Below are positions 31,301 through 44,200 of a DNA stretch of 64,000 nt, piece by piece (positions within the stretch are counted from its first letter, which is position 1; each line of letters opens with the position of its first letter). The position numbers and the translations under genes are program-made. The DNA is from Tubulanus polymorphus. Its lineage: Eukaryota > Animalia > Nemertea. Location: assembly GCF_964204645.1 (NCBI RefSeq), contig NC_134028.1:20952345-21016344 (forward strand). The letters run 5' to 3'. Under the pieces are notes generated by a model. The model saw only the letters and a program-made list of their open reading frames with translations, ran no database searches and was not told the origin of the DNA.

Positions 31301-33438
31301 TTTTTAATCCAGGGACAAAGTCCTGCTGGAGGTTGTGCTATGGCAATTTCATGCGATTATCGCGTAATGGGCTCCGAATTTCGCATAGGACTAAACGAAA
31401 CTCATCTCGGTATCGTTGCTCCTACCATGTAAGTATCGTTAAAATACACTTGGGTGTCTTGAAATAAATTTCATTTCAATTTGCCGGTAATGTTCACTCC
31501 TTTAGGTATCAAGATACACTAGTGAGTACTGTCGGTCAGGCTCAAGCCGAGTTAGTTCTAGGTTTGGGTGAAATGTGGACTGCAGATGAAGCTCAGAAGA
31601 TCGGTATGGTGAATGTCGTATGCCCCGTTAAAGATATCGAAGAGAAAACTCGCGCTGCTGCTGCAAAATGGATGAACATTCCAGGTACACTGAACTCCAA
31701 GCCAATGGGGTGGCTCCAAACGTAGCCAAAAGGGCAATTTCTGCAGGTGGATGAAAATTTAAATTACGATGGCACGTGAATACCCTCCAAAACAGCGCAC
31801 CATTTCAACAAGTATAGTTTTTTGATAAAATCTGCCCCTTTTTAGCCCACTTGGGACTTTAGTCCCAGCGGGCTATTGCGTTCACTTTTCGTCAGTCGTC
31901 CGTCCGTCCGTCCGTAGACGGAATCCAGTTATTTTGGGAAGTTTTGAAGACGCTTCAAGGTAACGTCTTGATATTTGGGTTACACATGTATCTACCCTAG
32001 ACACATCTTCAGCCCAAAAACTGGCCCTGTCAGAATCAAGATGGCCGACTAGCAGCCATTGTTATTCGCCAAAATCATCACTTTTTACACATTTTTGAAC
32101 TTTTTGAGGGAAATTTTGAAGACGCTTTAATAAATTACCTTGATCTTTCGGATATATGTGAATCCCCCCAGGGCCCATCAACATAACAAAAATTGGGTCG
32201 GTCGGACTCAAAATGGCCGTCCTATGACCTTTTTAGTGCCCAAAAATGTTAATTTTGGCCCGAATTCTGAGTCCTGTAGCTTCCTACTGGTTTGCCATTT
32301 CTCATTGCAATTTGTGATGGGTATTCTTTGGAAAGGGATGTTTTATACCTGAGACAGGTATTTTTCATCAGCCAATTATGACGCAATTGGCGGCCATCTT
32401 TGTGTCACCAGTACTCATTCATAAGTGGGAAAAAGTTTTTCCACATTATATTGATACCTAAGCGTATTTTGTTACCACAATCAATTAGAAAGTTGTAGCT
32501 CATAACGTGTTCTATGATTGTGGTGAGTTTCAAGGTAATTGGATTTTGTATATGGCCACCAGGGGGCGTTGAATAATACAATATCTTCGCATTTCTTTAT
32601 TATATTCGTACCTATGCATATTTTGTAACCACAATCAATTGGAAAGTTGTAGCTCATGACATCATCTATGATTGTTGCAAGTTTTAAGGACATTAGTTTT
32701 TCTATATGGTCACCAGGGGGCGTTGAATAGTAGAATAACTTAGTATTTCCTTATTATATTGGTACCTAGGCATATTTTGTTACCATGATCAATTGCAAAG
32801 TTGTAGTTCATGACATGTTCTATGATTGTGGTGAGTTTCGAGGTCATTGGGTTTTGAATATGGTCACCGGGGGCCTTGAATAGTAGAATGACTTAGTATT
32901 TCCGTATTAAATTGGTAACGAGGCATATTTTGTTATCACAATCAATTACAAAATCGTAGCTGCTGACATGTTCTATGATTTTGGTGAGTTTCAAAGTCGT
33001 TGGTTTTTGTAAATGGTCACCAGGGGGCATTGAATATTGAAATTGTTAGATTGTTGAGCATTTGAAACCACTTCCCAAGTGGGCATGGTGTCCCTGGACC
33101 CCTAGTTGATGTGAATTGGTACGGGTGAATCTTTGCAACAAAGTTCTTTCTGGGGGTTTAGAGGTTAGCCCTCTGGCGTGGATAACCTTGATTTTCAATG
33201 AATACTAAAAATTACAGAGGAATTCACATGAATTGCGATTACTTTGCATCATCCTATTTTCTACATTTCAGTGAAAGCTCGATACCTATCGAAGATTGCG
33301 CTTCGTCAGCCGGTATTAGACAAACTGATGAATAATCGTCAAGCTGATATCGACTACTTCGCGCAATTCATACAAACTCCTGCCGTACAGAAATCTATAG
33401 AAGTTTATTTGCAAAATCTGAAAAAGAAATCCAAGTAA
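28315..33438 (+). CDS. ECI1: Enoyl-CoA delta isomerase 1, mitochondrial (crotonase fold), 7 exons
   Basis: Exons 28315-28411 (tentative; R/S/T-rich presequence-like, phase 1), 29010-29084, 30074-30201, 30490-30636, 31313-31428, 31506-31684, 33272-33438. Motifs KPVNSLNTEFL, FSAGLDIMEMY, INGQSPAGGC, IGLNETHLGIVAP. Alternative start ATG at 28997. Confidence 0.9.
29130..29510 (+). mobile_element. Degenerate third copy of the pseudo-tRNA/telomere-like element, opposite orientation
   Basis: AGGGTTAGTATCAAAAGGGTTTAGGGTAAAGGGGTAGGTGAGGCT and TTTTCTAAGT...TGCACATGCAGCACGTG are reverse complements of blocks in copies 1 and 2. Confidence 0.6.
30643..31172. repeat. 23-bp minisatellite, ~23 copies
   Basis: Unit AGGTTCAACTATGTCCTCGTATC; period 23 (30841, 30864, 30887); starts at the ECI1 exon 4 donor. 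Confidence 0.95.
31844..33105 (+). mobile_element. DINE-1/Helentron-associated (HINE/pearl-like) non-autonomous element with internal ~154-bp tandem repeats
   Basis: Subterminal inverted repeats GCCCACTTGGGA (31845) / TCCCAAGTGGGC (~33073). (GTCC)n microsatellite at ~31896-31914. About 4 internal repeats starting ~32462, 32615, 32770, 32922. Short 3' stem-loop ending CTAG; T-rich insertion site. Confidence 0.85.
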
Positions 33439-34859
33439 AACTGTGGGCACAGCACGGGAAGAAAATCGTTTCTAAGAACTCCTGAATTTACAATATTTAT
33501 CAACGAACTTCCTAAATTTTTCTGATCTGATCCAATTAGACTGATAGACGACTGAGTTCATTGATTAGATTCCAATGTGTGTTTGTTTATCAAATCTATC
33601 AACACAACCCTCAGAGTTTGACCATACGATCAAGTAAATATAACAGTAAAATGAATTTAGCGTCAGTCAAAACTTGCTCAAGTTGTCACCAGATAAGTCG
33701 TCGTATTATTGAGGAGTTCCATTTGTGTATTTCCGATTCCATTTACTAAACATTTGGTTTTCGTCATCAATGTAAATGATCGACTTGAGCCAATTTTCAC
33801 TGTATTATGGAACCAATGGTATTTTTATTGAAGTTTAGTAATAGTTAGATTTGGCTTAGACTGAAATAAAACCATGATATAACCTGTTTTATTTACATGT
33901 ATTATGTAACCTATTTTTCTATACATTATGTACATTCAACTGGTTCATTCAGCGTTATAAGACAAGTATCCATAATATGAATTGAACTGAATGGAATGTA
34001 GTTCCTTGAATAAATTTATCTTTAGTTTATAATTATTGTACCCAAGTAAATATATTATTTTTTGCAAGATCTGCAGAGGATTTTATGGGGCAGCTTCCTC
34101 AGAGGATCAGTGACAATTTCAATTGGATGGTAGAAACTATCAAACTGTTGTCATGAACCCCCCCATCATCTGGTTGAATGGTAATCTGGGGTCTGTAGTG
34201 CTCAACAGGGATCAGTTACTCAAAAAGGTATCAAATGCTGTAGTGACAATTGAAATTGTATTGTAACTGGATAGCATTTGTCTCGTTAGTTACCTAATCG
34301 TTGAGGGTAAGCTTTTATTATCGGATAGGCTTATATCAACTGAAAATATCTGATTGCGACTACATTACTAATATTTGCCCTGAGCAGTCAACTCTTAACC
34401 AATTTACCCCAGGTTTTCTGTCCCTTTTCGCCACTTCTGGTGCGGAAAAAAAAGCACTTTCATAGTGAATCAAGCTCATGATTGTAGATCGAGTGATAAA
34501 TGGATCCAGGCAGCTGATCGATAACGACAACTGATACCAGCTGGTTGTCAAATAGATTTTAAATCAAATAAACTTTATCTCACGAATAATTCATTTATTT
34601 TCTTATAAAAATACAAAATTTTTCATACATTGTATGAATGATCTATTCAGTGTAAGAAACATAGGGCAGATGGAGTTTATATTCAACAGTCCAACGACAA
34701 AACGTTCAAGAAGTTTATCGCAATAAGTTCCAGTGCACAGATTTGTGATTACGATACAGTAAATCGTAATGTCCTGTATTTTTCTCCTCACTTAGATATT
34801 TCTGAAGATTCCATAATTTAACTTCTTTCTCATGCGCTATCAAACTTTTTCAGCTTAAA

Positions 34860-35172
34860 CAGGGTCCCTACAGATCAGTCATTCCTGAATTCAAGGAGAA
34901 AATTTCAAATTTCTAGTAGAGTATGTATCACTTTCATATCCCAATTGCAGTAGACTTCTACTAAATCGGTAATGTCTATCTTGGTCAAACCATTTAATTC
35001 AGTGGAATCTGTGCGTATGATAACTAGGCCTAAAACCTCAAAATTTTCCAATTGCCAATTTCTAAAAATTCAAGGAATTTTCAAAGACTTTTGGGCATTT
35101 TGCTCAAATTAAAGGATATTCAAGGCTTTTTTTTAGTTTAAAGGGGGTTTTCAAGGAGTCGTAGGGACCCAG
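34860..35172. mobile_element. hAT-like MITE; second copy at ~40060-40453
   Basis: Ends CAGGGTCCCTAC...GTAGGGACCCAG; internal CAGATCAGTCATTCC.GAATTCAAGGA and AATTCAGTGGAATCTGTGCGTAT shared with the 40-kb copy. Confidence 0.75.
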
Positions 35173-35283
35173 TTAAACTGTTAAAGCTTAAACCACCATC
35201 ATGAAATTATATAAATAAATGCGCTTCTGTACTAGGTAATTTCACCAGGTTGGAATAAACTCCAACCTCTCCGGTACACACTA

Positions 35284-38200
35284 TCAGCTGGTTATTCCTC
35301 CAGCTGCTAATAGTAAATTGTTTTTCGTGTATTGTAGATATTGCACGGACGTAGATTTGGTCGGAAATGCTCCGAGCAATTCGGCTGAAGTTGAAATATC
35401 CGATTTCTCCGCCCTGGAAAAATAATCATAAAAACATTTTCAAACTCTCAAACAACATTACATTAACTGCACAGATTATAGAAGCAGGGTTCGATCGAAG
35501 CATTTGCACGATTGCCCTGCACAAGTATATTTTCATGAGGGCAAGTTGGTTATCATTATCACTTGTCCTACTCGATAAGCGAATGATCAATCGAACAGCC
35601 TGAGTAGAGCAAGTTGCTTTTTGAGGGGGCAAACGGAATTTCAGATATACTTGCCCCCTTAGATCGAAACCTGAAGATGTATGAATAACTTACATGTGAG
35701 AATTATGATTGTTGTTAGTCGAACTGATATCCCACACTCGAACTGAACAGTCTAATCCACCCGACGCTAATAACGTAGTATCGCGATTAAAACTCAGACT
35801 ATGAACACATTCCGTATGTCCTCGTAATTCCTTCAACAGTTTCCCAGTTCCCAATTCCCACAGTTTAATGTGTCGATCTTCACCTGAAATAAGACATTAA
35901 GTTATAAGGTTGAAGGCAACAATCCAATCAAATCAATCATCAAAAGATAGCAGCATAGCAGCATGTGTTCACAACAGGCAACAGGTTTTAGAAGGGTGGC
36001 CACCCGTTTCATTTTCTCCACCCCTCTAAAAATCAGCCACCCCTTATAAAATATCTGGTGCCCCCTACCAGAGTGCATGTCAATATTCTACCAATGCTGA
36101 TAATTGCTTTGAAATGTAATGTGAAAGATGACTAATGACTGTGCAAGATAGAAGATTATACCAAAACGAAGCTTAATTTTCTGTACTTTTTGGGGGATTG
36201 AAAGCCTAGCTACTTCACAGCAGCCATGATTTCAAATTATCTGCTGCCCCTTCCACAGTGGATGTTAATTTTCTATCAGTGCTGATAATTGCTTCGAAAT
36301 ATATCGAGCTAATGTGAAAAATAGAAGATTACACCAAAGTTAAGATTAATAATTTTTGGGGAATCCAAATCCTAGCTACTTCAGCAGCCATGTTTTCATA
36401 CACTTAACAATGAATGCAGGCCCGTATCCAGGATTTTTTCCAGGAAGGGGTTCATAACAAATGTTCATGTTACACTGCTGACTAAAATATCTAATGATAG
36501 GGGGCCCACACGGCATATTGTTTGGCCAAACATAAGATGTTACAGCACCGATTATGTGGTACTGCCCGCATTTGTCTTCAGGACATATCTTCAAGAAAAC
36601 TATTCAAATTTTTTTTGGTAGCTGAACAATGAATGGGGGATCATGACCCCTGAAACCCCCCACCCTCGGGATCCGCGCCTGATATACGTAGAACACCACA
36701 CCAGTGCTATAATAGAGAAATAATCGATACGTACCGGCCGAAGCGAGATATTTTCCATTCGGGGAGAACGCTAAACAGTAAATTCCCGCGTGATGTCCTT
36801 TAAACAGACGGACGGAACGAGCGTCGTTAACCGTCCACAATCGGATAGTCGAATCACTCGAACCCGTAGCTATATAATTACCATTAGGATGAAACTTGAT
36901 ACACTGAAAACAAAACAAACATCGATAATAATTCATTCAGTTACACGCTGGTTTACCCTCATTGTATCTCAGGGAGCATCTCAATTTCAATAGTTGTGTC
37001 AATTAGAATAACTGTCTAATTCTTTCTTACCCCCAACCCCACCCTTTGATTCCACACATCACCCTTTGATTCGACACATGCCAAAGCTGGAAATATTGAT
37101 TTTCTAATTTTCTACTGAGAGACTACAGACAAAAATAAGTTCTCACGAGTGTATTTTGAGCACAACTTTTAATTGAAAATGTAATAGGGAAATTACGCGT
37201 GAAAAACCTATTAAACTCTTACATAAACAAATAAATAGGCCTCCACAAACTTCTCGTAAAGAGTGCATGGTTTCTCGAACAAACATCTTTTTGATGAATG
37301 TTCGAATCCTATAGCAATGATCGATAGTTCGGTAGTCATAATCAATCCGCGGTAGGCCTTCATCCCCGCACCCACTTCCGCAAGTTATATTCTAATTGAA
37401 ACAACTATCGAAATTCTGAGATGCTCCCTAAGTTAAAGAGAAAATCGAGATAAATGCTTACATCTACGTCTGAAGTGTGGCCGATAAAACTGCGCAAAGG
37501 ATAAATACAATCAGTAGACCATAGTTTAGCGGTTCTATCAGCGCTACAGCTAGCGAAGTAATATCCTAAATTTCTAGAAAATACAAATAAGTTTAGATAA
37601 GTAAATAAAAACCGCTATGAAATTTGCAAGTGGTTTTACATTTGGATATGATATAAACATGAAATCAGATAAAGGAAATTCCAACCAGCACAGTTACGCA
37701 CATAAAGATAGAACACTAAAAAGAACTTCGCATAATACTCACCCTGTATCTAAACCCCAAACTGGGTATGTATGTCCCTGGTAACAGACTTTGTTAGTTC
37801 GATTTTTTAGATCCCACAAACGAACTGAAAGTGGAGACAAACAGTAAATGTACAGTGAACCCCGATATACTGCCCTCGCAAATAGCGCCACCCCCGCTTA
37901 CTGCCGGGTTTTCTCAATGTACATCTCTATACAAAGTCAAACACTCGATATACTGCCATATTCTCTATACGGCCAAAATCATTCTGCACTGATGTGGGTG
38001 GTGTATCGGGGGTTGAGTGTATAACTGTAATCTGTTTAAATAATGGACTGGTGTACCGGTATTTAAGGAAGAATAGACTTACTGGTCGTATCGTCGGAAC
38101 ACGATACGATGTATCTATTATCGCCGATAAACTGAGAAGAATAAACCGCTCCGCTGTGACCTTGCAATGTCACCATCTCGCATACTTTACTGAAACAAAC

Positions 38201-41200
38201 AAGAAAATTAATTTTAGAAAATTATTTGACGCCTGAGAAAAAAGTGTCGAATTTCTGGGCTAAGCTAATGTGGAATTGCAAATTTGAAATCGAAGTTTTA
38301 AGAAATTTGGGGAATGATGAGATTTGGCGATTGGGTAGATGATACAGGTCTTCGACTCTAGTAGTGGTTTAAATTTTTTTATTGAAAATTCTCAATAATT
38401 GATCGCGAACTTGCGACCGACTTCATTTACTTATGCCTCTAAGCTGGTCTGCAACTTCATTGCCTCCATGGATGAAGAAAGAGCTCTTCTGATGTCTGCT
38501 TCATCATGACTTCGAGCATATCGTGTGGCCTAGCCAGCCGGCCCGGTCCCCGGGCCCGGGCCACGGGTTTGGCTGTCACTCGATATCCTAGAGTCTTGAG
38601 TCTGGGTGGGTTGAAGTAGACATTGTCATTTAAAATAACATGCTTATGTTGTTCTGTATGAATTACCCGTGTGTCATGTATGTTGTATTAATTTATTTTA
38701 AAATTTGTATTTATTGAATTTGGGAATTTTATCCCGGAATTTCAATGTAATAAGGATCAATAAAGAATTGAATTGAATTGTCACCTAATACACATGCCAT
38801 CAGAGGACACGGAGCCGTATATGACAGCTATGCTATTATAAATTGCTAATCTCACGAAACTTGCATACTCCTAATATCAAACATATTTTCACAAACGATT
38901 GAATATTGAAATTATATGTTTACACATTTTCATATTGACCGCTTGTAGCCGCTGATGAAATTCACGCCGGCCCTACACACATCGTAGATAGCTTCGTCAT
39001 TCCACCGGCATGCCCACGTCAGGGTCTGACTTTTATATCAGACTTCTGCATCGTATATACATCCGCCATTTAACCGAATAATCCGATTTACTTATCATTT
39101 CTATTTATGCCTGCCGCTTCTGATATAATCATACATCCTTTACTATTACAATACGTCTTCTAATGATATTTAATGCAATATAACATTTCGACGTTCAAAT
39201 ATAGGTCATTATATAAAAACTAACAGATGAAATATTGTCGACCCACATTTTGCGCACAAATTGAAACACATACATTGTAGTCTCAGGTTATAGTTTGATA
39301 GTGGAATTTACCATCTGACAAATGAAATCATTTTAAAAGAGACCTGAAGGTTTTGAAAAAAGAGGGGCGCAAATGAAAGCAATCTGAGTGAAGCCATTCC
39401 AAAGCGAGTGCCAAAGGCGCGAAGGCACTTAGGGGGGAAAATTTCCAGAGAAATTGGGGAAAATAGACGCAATTCTGGGCTAATTTTTGCAATATACATG
39501 TAATAGAAAGAAAATTATTTATTTGATGATGAAGATTTGGTCAATCCTCCATATCGCAATTCAAATTTGCAAACTAAGCTCATTGCAAACTAGCAAACAT
39601 CCAGCAAACTAGTTTTTTTCATATACACCTACATTGTATATAGTGGCTTGAAAAAAATCTATGCTCGACAAAAATGGGGGCGCACGCTGCGTACGCCCCC
39701 ATCTGTTTAGATGATTAGATCTAGTTTACCTCGTTTTCTCTGGTTCTTCGACGAAATCCTCGCTGAGATGGATTTTCGAGACGTCGATTTCCGCGTTGTC
39801 GACGGTGAGCAGGTCCGGGGTTAAACTCCACAGTCGAATATTCGAATCTTCGAAACCGCCGCATAAATAACGTCTGTCGTTCGAAACATTCGAACAACTC
39901 AATCTACAGTTTAATAGAATCATTCAGTATCAGTTCAACATGTTAAAAGATATTCCATTATTCAAGGCAGTTAGGGATTGGCACCGCTGAAGGCATTATC
40001 AAGAAACTGAATACGCGACATTTTCTGTGAAAACGGTTCCTTTATGAAACGCAGCGTTAACAGGTTCCCTACAGATCAGTCATTCCAGAATTCAAGGACT
40101 TTTCAAGGAGTTTTCTAACTAAGAGAAAATTTCAAATTTTTAGGAGTGCATGTTTGTCACTCATATCCCCATTATTGTAAACTCCTCCTAAATCGGTACT
40201 GTTTATCTTAGTGAACCATTAATTCAGTGGAATCTGTGCGTATAAAGCCTATGACTACTAACACCTAAATAACCGAAGCCTACTAGAAGGCATAAAACCT
40301 AAAAATATTTTAGTTGCCAATTTCTCTAAATTCAATGAGTTTTAAAGGAGATTAGGGCGCATTGTGCTCCAAGGACATTCAAGGACCTTTTGGAAAAAAC
40401 ATTTTTGGTTTAGAAGGCGTTTTCAAGGAATCAAGGAGTTGCGGGGATCCGGGTTAACAAGGTTCATACCCTTGATACGTGTTGATGAACGTGTAGAAAC
40501 AAATGGACGTCAAACACGGAGGAGTTTCGTGAACGCGCTGGATACATTTACGCAACGAAGTCATCGATACGTCGTTCGTGATGACTTTATTCTCGGGCGG
40601 CAGCGGAGGCGACGTTTGGGGCGTATCGTTTTTCGTATCGCTCTGTAATTCATCGCTACAAACGCCGACATCTACAAAACATTATTGAAATATAATCTCG
40701 ACCCTTTTAGAGCTGCCAACCTCTGAAAAGTGCTATCGGTAACGAATTTATACTTTTTCCGTAATAATTCATTTTAAAATGGAAATGTTCAAATTAATCA
40801 GTAATCAACAGTTATGACCTTCAGTAACATCTTTCACATTTCCATATGCATTGAAATAATCAAATCAGTATTTCTCATCATGGAATAGTAACGAATACTG
40901 AAAATCAGGAACAGTTGGCAGCGCTCGGTGCATAATTTGTGAGGCTAAAACAGCTTGTCCTGGCGGATGTTATTGACTGGTTACAAAGCTTAATCAAGTT
41001 GTATTTTTGGTAAATTAATGAATTTAAACATGACCTGTTTTTGAAACTTGGTCCGACAGTTTGTAATGCACTCTGAATACTAAGGGGTATTCAGTGAATT
41101 GTTGCCAATCACCTGATGAATTATAGGTTGACTGCCCAGAGTCAGGCATAAACCCCATGGTTTCCACAGTTACATTGACTAAAAATTCCCAGGTTTTTCC

Positions 41201-44200
41201 CAAGTACTTCATGAGTGATTTTTCAATTTTCCATAATGGGAAATGGGGACTTCATAAAAATGAACAGATATCGTCATGCTACAGTCAACATTTTAAATGT
41301 GAATGAATTTCCCAATTATTTCCCTGATTTGAGGAAAACTTCTCAAATTCCCAAATATTTCCAAACTGGGAATTATCATTTCGAAATTTCCCAAGTTTTT
41401 CCCAATTTCACTGTTCTGTGGTGGGAACCACGCAACCCTCATCCAGACACCTCAACTTCTTACCTTTAACATGAATATACTGATTCAACATTTGTAGAAT
41501 AACCATATTATCGCCGTTTTTCAGCTGACGTAGAAGAAACTGAATCGCGTCGGTCGAGATGTTCACCGTGAATTTGTGTTCGCGGAAACACTGAACCGCG
41601 GAACGTTTCTCGATGTCGTCCTTCGACGAGATTTCTTTCAACAATTCGAGAAATTTCGATTTCTCTTTTTGGTCATCGAAAATTCCGTGATGACGAGTGT
41701 AAAATTTGTGAGCTGAAATTATTAAAATCAATACAATCACAAACTATCACATGTCAGTTTACATAATACATATCATATCATATATCATATGATTTAGTAT
41801 CATAATATATATCATATAATATCATAGATTATACAATAGACCTTGCATTCGTTGAATCTTTTGGGACCAAGAAAAATCATTTGACTTAGAAAAAGTTTGA
41901 ATGAATAAGTCAGATTTCCAGCCATTTCCGAAAGCTACGACTTGAACTTTAATCTAGTTAATATTCCAGAATTGAACATAGTCTCAATAATTTTGAGTTA
42001 AGAAGAGGTTCATATAGAATAATTTGATTTTCAATCGTTCAACTTTGAGTAAAACTATAATTTTCATTCTATAACTAGATTTTCATTCTAAAATTGAAAA
42101 TGAAAAATTTCCTCACCAGGAGTTTTGAAACCGTTGCAGATGAGTTCGAGGTAAATGTGGACAAACAATGGATAAAACAATTCTTTCAGCTCTTTCTGAT
42201 AAGGACATACATGCAGATCACTTAATATGAATCGCTTCAACCTAAAAACAAACGAACAAATCAAATGACTTACCAGTCTACTAGCAACTCAGTTAACTTG
42301 AACTCACTACTGCGAGACTGAGGACTTATCTACAGAAGCGATAAAAGGCCTTGAGATGTCGCGTTCCAACTCGACAAGTCGTCATATTCATGTCGATATA
42401 TCGTGATATATCGCGTCAAGTCGACATGAATATGTCGACATATCGTGACGTTTTGACGACATATTTCATTTTCACGACTATTTTCCTCACGACAAGTCGA
42501 CATATTCATGACGACTTCAAACTCAGTCGTCATATTACTGGCGTCCTCATCTTACATTTGGACGTGTCTTCAAATGACGGCTTGTCCAGTGGAAAATGGG
42601 CGAAAAAGTCGACTTGACGCGAGATATTGCGATATGTCAACATAAATATGGCGACTTGTCGAGTTGGAACGCGACTACTCGAGGCCCTTTATCGCTTCCG
42701 TACTTATCTCAGTTCCGCCGTAGTGAGTTTGAGTTGGCTCAATACAGTGGAAGCAGGGTCCGATCGAAGCACTGTCTTGTCCGATCGCCCAGGACAAGTT
42801 TATTTTCACCAAGGCAAGTAGTACCTATAATCATCACTAGTTCACCGAGCTAGTTCAGTTTTATATCTCAAAGCTTTTTTCCCACTCGATACGACAATGG
42901 GTGATTGTGCCACCATCGGACTGCCTGTATATGGCAAGTTGATTTTTGAGGGGGCAAGTGAAGTTTCAGATATGCTTGCCCCACGAATGGCTTTTATTTC
43001 TTAAGCCTAGCCTACATCGACACTGTGATTGGAGACAACTAGTGAGAGCAACTGGCTGGATGGAGTCAGTTACTCGAACGTGTTGATTTGAGCTAGCTTA
43101 CGACTGGTTAGCGTCCATCTATCTCCAGTTCCAGCCTGTTGCCCATGTTCTACTTTTGAGCAACTAGTTGTACTCAGTTGCTGTCATCATATCCGTCGAT
43201 GTAAGTGCTCTATAATCAAAAACACATGGTTGCAACTGACTAAAACAAAGCGATTTGTCACGTGATTCGAGGTGCCCAGAGTTGCTGTCGACGTGTGCGC
43301 TATGGACCTAGAGACCAATATGAGCCACCCAGTTGCTGGTTTTTACTAGATTTCCGATGTGCGCGGGGTACACGCTCACTAGCAACTAGTTGTCTCCAGT
43401 CGCTTTGTCGATGTATGCTTAGCTTTAGATCAGACCAGTGGAAGTAGCCCCACATTAGATTTAACAGCAAGTTGAGTTGAGTTCGAGTGATTACCTGGTA
43501 AACTGTTGATCGCATGCCGTTACATCACCCGATATACTACTATACGAGAACAGATTACTGGCGCCACCTTCGGCTTTAGACATTGAATACAGAGTCGTCT
43601 CACCGAGCGTGTGCAGAATCTTCATATCCTGCTTAAACTGCGGAGGAGTATCATGTGGATCCGGATGCTGAAAAGATTCCTTGACATTTATCGTTTACCA
43701 ACCATTTAGGCCTAGTAAATATAGAATCCTGCTAAATAGGGCCTATAGCAACAAAGGACTAGCCTAGTGAGATGGGACGCTGCCATGATTCTTAGGTCGA
43801 GAATGGAGTGGAGGAACACAAGTTTTATTTTGTCAATTGTTTTGTCGACTTAGTTTCCTGTACTAAGTGGTTAATGGGTTGATCACGGCCCGATCAATTC
43901 CTGCGAGCCAGAACCTATAGGGACTTAACTACAGACTATGTTGTCCAACACCGATTGGTTTCAAACAACAGCAAACCTCTCGTCGCCAAAAGATTGAATA
44001 CAGTACAATACCGAAACTCGTTCTTCCCGAGATCAGTCCTTCTCGACAGGAACCAGCCGGACGAACTACCACCGATTAGTTCCAGCGCGATCGTATCCCC
44101 CCTCCCCCAGCAGATCGGCCTGCTCTCAGACTATAGACAAACACTCCTCCCCGTTGCATAGTTAAGTGGGCCATTATAATCAGGACTACTCACAACTATC

